Below, one piece after another: positions 58,527 to 64,000 of a stretch of DNA of 64,000 bases. Position 1 is the stretch's first letter, and each line of letters begins with the position of its first letter. The position numbers and the translations under genes were made by a program. This DNA comes from Azolla caroliniana (taxonomy: Eukaryota > Plantae > Polypodiophyta): the NCBI GenBank assembly GCA_043228905.1, contig JBHGNT010000018.1, forward strand, positions 12,028,001 through 12,092,000. The letters run 5' to 3'. Below the pieces are notes generated by a model. It was not told the origin of the DNA, made no database searches, and worked only from the letters and a program-made list of their open reading frames with translations.

Positions 58527-59057
58527 TGTCACGTTCTAGACTCAAACCTCTGACTTTTAACACACACACAATACATTGTGTTGTGTTAAACATATGAAAA
58601 CTCTTGTGAATTGTCCACATTCGCTTGTGAACTTGTATATATTGTGTAGTCTAGTGTATAGTACATTCGAGAATATTCTAGTCGTTAGTATATTCTAGAT
58701 TTATTCTATGGTATATTCTAAACGGGTATATTCTCGAGATATTTCTCGAGTATATTCTAGAGATATTCAATCTCGGAAATTGTATAAATGCTTGTAACAT
58801 CATTGGTCCCTTTCAAGGGATTCAACACCAACCATTGACACATCAATCTAGTATTCTCGTTTCGCCTCATCTTTGTTTCCTTGATCTTTATTTCTGTCTT
58901 CATGTCCTCATGTCGCTCACAACATCTAGAGTTCCTAGCCTCGTCACATCTAGCTCCAAGTTCATCCATCGCTCGTAGCCCCATCATCTGTACTCCGTCC
59001 TAGTCCGCGGTTGGTGTGTCCGTGAGAGTTTGAATCCCTTCCAACTGGGAGCACCAC
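58527..59057 (+). mobile_element. 5' LTR (58527-59027) and PBS of a second copy of the 56264 family, truncated by chromovirus insertion
   Basis: Reverse-complement homology to 56264-56689. Followed by GTTTGAATCCCTTCCAACTGGGAGCACC, as at 57683-57710 on the minus strand. Confidence 0.9.
59030..59040 (+). promoter_or_regulatory. Self-priming PBS
   Basis: TTGAATCCCTT is the exact reverse complement of AAGGGATTCAA at 58815-58825, which starts 32 nt after TATAAA (58783). Confidence 0.8.
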
Positions 59058-62000
59058 TGTTAGGAACAGTACTAAGACAGAGAGGTATTGTCAGGAACAA
59101 TACTAAGACAAAGAAGGAATTAGTACTAAAAGATGAGGATTAGTACTAAGGGAGGTGTAGAACTCTCGAGTGAAGGAAAGAGTGAGTGAGTGTGAGAGAG
59201 AGAGAGAATGATGATAGCAAAAGATATATATTATGTGAAGAGAATATAGAATAGTAGCTAGGAGGCTTAAGACTGGTGTTGAACCGATTTGGTTCGAAAT
59301 AATGCCTTGTGCCTCCTTTTATAGTATTCTCAGGAGTACTCCTCAAGTTTCTATAGTAAAAGCTAAATAAAAATAATATCCTTCTTATTACAACATATAG
59401 TCTAATGGTCAAGAGCTCAACCCATGTAACATAAGTGCATGGGTTCGAGTCTTGCCATATCATGATACTATCCCCCTTTTAAAACGACAAGCGTCATGAG
59501 TCTTTTTGGATTGAGGACTTGATTTGTCTAGATATTGACGATGGAAATCTTCAAGAAGAGCACAAGCATTGGTCACATTCTCTATTGGTTCCCAAGTACG
59601 CTTGTTGGGACTATATCCTAGCCAATCAACTAAATAGTAGAGCTTGTTGCGAACAATCTTGGAATTGAGGATGGCGGCAACATCATACTTAGGTCCATCT
59701 TCAAGTTCGATCAGGGGTGGAGGTTGTTTAATACGACCTGGGATGGTGTTGTCTTGATAAGGTTCGAGGATAGAACTATGAAACACTAGATGTATCCAAA
59801 GTTCTGGAGGTAGATCGAGATGAAAAGCGACATCATTAATATGGGAAGGACCTATTCGCCGATAATCCAACTTCTCGCATGGGCAAGTAGTCTTGATGTG
59901 TCATCGTAGTAGCCATACCCGATCTCCAATGTTAAAATTGGATGGAAGCCAATGACGATCCGCGTAAACCTTGTGTAATTGTTGAGCTTGATGTAGATGA
60001 GTAGATAAATCCGCTTGTATCTTGTGTAACCGCTCCAAATGATCCTTTGCGCAAGGATTTGTGGGTAACTCTGGGGTTTCAAATACACACCACCGAGGCT
60101 GACAACCCGTATAAGCACAAAATGGTGTAACTTTTGTCGATGACTGGACAGAGTTATTATAAGCAAATTCGGCGAAGTGGAGAATATCCGCCCAGTTATC
60201 TTGATGATAGCTTAGAAAGCACCGAATATACTGCTCCAGCATTTGATTTGTTCGTTCTGCTTGGCCATCTGTTTGCGGGTGGTAACCGGAGGAGAGGTTA
60301 CAAGTGACCTTGAGCATTTTAAAGAGGTGCTTCCAGAATTTCGAGACGAACTGGGGTCCACGGTCACTGATGATACTATCGAGAAGGCCATGATGCCAAC
60401 ATACTTCACGCATGACAGTTTCGGTAGTTTCCTCATTGAAGATTTCCTTAGTACATGGCAAGAAATGGGCCATCTTCGTATATCAATCTACTACTGTTAA
60501 GATCGCATCGAATCCCTTAGAGACCGGAAGATCTGTAATGAAATCTAGAGCAATGGATTGCCATGGCTTGCTTGGAATTGGTAATGGTTCTAATAAACCA
60601 TATGGATGATGCCTTGGCATTTTTTCTCTGCAACATATATCACAAGTCTGAACAAAATCTTCGACAAATTGTCGCATATGGGGCCACCAGAATGATCGTT
60701 GTACTAAATCTAATGTTTTAGTACTACCAAAATGCCCAGCAGTATATGTGTCATGACAGTTTTAGACTACTTGAAGGTGACAAGAACCATTAGGAACATA
60801 CAAGAGTTTCTTAAAGAATAGTAATACATCATGACATTCGAATTGTCGATAGTCCGTACCTGGTTGTTGCGTCTGTGAACAAGATGCTCGAGAGGGATCA
60901 ATTTGTGCTAGAGTGCCTTGGGCGAAAGCATTTGTCTTCAAGTCCTCACATATGGTATTGATAACGTGGGAATCCCAGGGCATACCGAAGACCTACGTTA
61001 CTTGCAGTCGTGCTGGTTCTAGGATTACTTGCTTTTGGTTATCGAAAGTTGGTTCGCCAGGACGCGGTGCTAGATACGAGCGTCGTGATAATGCATTTGC
61101 CTTCCCTTATTGCTTCCCCGGACGATATGTAATTTTGAAGTCGAAGCGAGTGAGGAATTGGGCTCACTGAGCTTGACATCGATTTAATACACGAGCATTC
61201 TGAAAGTAGGCAAGGTTTTTGTGATCATTGAATACGGTGACTTGATGAGAAGATCCCTTTAGAAAATGCCTCCATTGCGTAAAAGAGTCAATTATTGCTA
61301 ATAGCTCCTTATCATGAATTTCATAGTTGATTTTGGCGGCGTCAAACTTGCGTGAGTGAAAAGCCACATGATGGAGCTTTTCATCATCGCCTTGTTGTGA
61401 CAGAATGCTACCCAAGGCGAAATCCGACGCGTCTACTTCGATGATGAATGGTTTTTCTAGATCAACATGAGCCAGAATAGAAGCTGATATAAATACCTTC
61501 TTAAGATTCTCAAAAGCCATGTCTGCTTCCTCTGACCAAACGAACGATTGTCCCTTCCTGGTGAGCTACGTGAGAGGTAGAACAAGCTTTGAGTAATCCT
61601 GTATAAACTTGCGGTAGAAATTGGCAAAGCCTAAAAAGCATTGCACATCTCGCAATGAACGCGTAGTCTGCCACTCTATCACCGTTTTGATCTTAGCTGG
61701 ATCCATGGAGATGCCTTTTGAGGAAATGACATAGCCCAGAAATTCTACCTGGTTGCACTCGAAACTACATTTTTCCAGCTTTGCATAAAGACCATGTTCT
61801 CAAAGTCGTTTTAGTACTAATAGTACATGAGAATTATGCTCTTCTTGGGTCTTCGAATAAACCAATAGATCATCCAAATAGATGAACAAACAAACATCCA
61901 AGAGATCTCGGAATATATCATTTGCCATGTGTTGGAAGACTGTTGGCACATTAATGAGGTCGAATGGCATGACCGTATACTCGAAGTGCCTATATCTGGT

Positions 62001-64000
62001 GCGAAATGTGGTCTTCCATTCATCTCTTGGTCAAATCTGTACGAGGTTATATGCTCCTCGTAAGTCCATCTTTGTGAAGAACCTTGCACTATTTATTCGT
62101 TCTAAAAGATTTGAGATAAGGGGAAGTGCATACCTATTCCTGATGGTGACCTTATTCAAGCCACGATAATCTACGACGAGACGAAGTGATCCATCCTTTT
62201 TCTTGACGAAGAAAATGGGTGTGTTGGCTGGAGATTTCGAATGTCGAATGAAACCATTTGCCAAATTCTCCTCTATATAGGTTGGAAGAACTTCTAGCTC
62301 AGTTGGTGAAAAATTGTAGATCAATCCCCATGGTGGCTCTTTTCCCAGTTGTAAATCGTTGGGGCAATCATACAGTCGATGGTGAGGAAGCGTATTGGCT
62401 TGTACTTTATCAAACACATCGGCATAATGATGATACTTCTCTGGAAGTTGAACGGTGGACTCCTCTTTAGTGGTGTTGGAAGGTTTTACTGATACTGCGA
62501 AGAGAAACATTTCTTCCTTGCGTCCTTCCTCGCGCAACTGATGTAGCGAAATGGTTGCAATCTTATGAGTAGGTCCTCGGGTTTGTGGATACTAGATTTC
62601 CCTTGTTCTCCAATCTATGCCTGGGTTATGTAATTCGAACCATGGTAATCCCAAAACAATGGGATGTTCTGGGATACTAATTATATACTACACACGCTAA
62701 ATTATCTAGGACAATATTAACGAGCTCTGACTCTTCTATGATATTTCCAGAAGCAATAGGACGACCATCAATGACTACTATAGAGGCTGGACACGAGAGT
62801 TTTCTTAGGGAAATCTGATGAGCTTGGGCAAAATTCCTATCCATGACGCAAGAATTAGCTCCAAAATCTAGGAGTGCTGAGACATGTACTGGAGAGGTAT
62901 TGGAGAGGTACTTTTAGTACTAACTATTACTTGGGCTAAGAACACATTGCTAACTTGCTTAGAGGGAATGGAACCACTAATGGGCTGCACAAATCTAGGG
63001 CTGTCCAACCAAACGTCTCCTATTTTGGTTGGACATAGTCGTTTAACTCTTCTTCTAACTGACTAAGGACATCAAATTTGTTCAATAGATTTGGGCTATT
63101 AGTACTATTGGGACTGTCAGATATTCCTACTGAAATAGACTCGGGTTTAGTACAATTAGAACTAGCAACTATTTGGTTCACCTGTCTTTTTGGCCTATGG
63201 GACAGTTCACTGCAGTATGCCCTGGTCCACCGCAATAAAGACATAGTCAATTTGCTCGGCGTCACTGCTTTTCTTCTTCCGATAATGGTCCGCGATGACG
63301 TGTAGTGTCAATTTCCATCGGAGTTGGAGTATTCACAGGAGACGCATTATATGACTCCCTTGAAAAAGGTTTTGCTACCACTGAGGCGTAGGTGGGCTCT
63401 GATCTTGCCCTTGGCATCTGGAACTGATGTTCCGAATGTCGTTCGAAAAGACGGTTGTCGCATCTCACCGTGCGACTGATTGCTTCTGTCAATGACTTTG
63501 GTTCTTCGGGGAAGGTCAAGAGTAAATTCTTGACATCATTATGTAGACCATAACGAAATTGCTCCATAAGTGCTTGGTCATCCCATGGGATATCGGAGGC
63601 AAGTAGGCGGAAATCTGCAGCGTATGCGGAGGCTAGACGATCACCTTGACGTAATCGTCGGATTTTGTTGATTGTTGTCCTTATGCTATCAATATCTCCA
63701 AAACAAGCTTTAAACTCACTTAAAACCTTTTCAAAATTGTTTAGTAAAGGAGATTCCTTTTCTAACAACGGAGCGAACCATGCCAAAACTGAGCCACTTA
63801 ACAACGTGCCTACTAAACCCACTTGTGATGCATCGGTGGGATATCGGGAAGGATGCATTAACCATACCTGATTAAGGGATTCTTTAAACTGCGATCATGT
63901 TCCATCTAATTTCATGGGAAGGCTGATCTTGGGTTCTTTATGAACCCCTTGCGTATTGGGTCCTTGTTGTTGCATCGCGACTAGGGTTGCTTCGAGTTGT
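59058..64000 (-). mobile_element. Chromovirus, same family as 44001-50579; 3' LTR 59058/59089-59467; gag-pol pseudogene running off the window end
   Basis: PPT at about 59468-59483, chromodomain, integrase (SDRGPQF, YHPQTDGQAE), RNase H (EVDASDFALG), RT (LRLVVDYRGLNK), gag 63262-63858. Confidence 0.94.
59391..59467 (+). promoter_or_regulatory. tRNA-like Pol III A-box/B-box module at the U3 tip, antisense to the element
   Basis: TAGTCTAATGG (59398-59408) and GGTTCGAGTC (59442-59451) start 44 nt apart, as in tRNA. Homologues at 50179-50231 (minus) and 11775-11828. Confidence 0.6.

Noticed and set aside
59391-59467. Functional tRNA gene
   Set aside because: No convincing acceptor stem or canonical anticodon arm. 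Reported only as a tRNA-like box module.

Overview
This is eukaryotic, gene-free, plant-type heterochromatin made almost entirely of nested LTR retrotransposons. The chromovirus and non-chromovirus mix suggests a moss, lycophyte or fern, but that is inference. I found no host genes, rRNA, canonical tRNA or CRISPR. Seven Ty1/copia elements or remnants are resolved, two with intact gag-pol ORFs (17622-21695 minus; 25664-29680 plus). A large non-chromoviral Ty3/gypsy element (12092-38605, TSD GTGAT) carries an extra 3' ORF and three nested copia elements. Also present: three chromovirus copies or remnants, a 1.9 kb non-coding LTR element, solo LTRs and a tandem non-LTR (LINE) 3' end. The most interesting signal is a shared LTR architecture in the chromoviruses and the related non-coding element. 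It consists of an outward-facing tRNA-like A-box/B-box module at the U3 tip, perfect heat-shock elements, a TATA box, and an 11-12 nt segment 32-33 nt past TATA that is complementary to the element's own PBS (Tf1-type self-priming). Other notable items are a double PPT with a basic Pol extension in one copia family, an apparent capsid swap between two copia families, and strong CCGG enrichment. Coordinates were counted by hand and may be off by a few bases.
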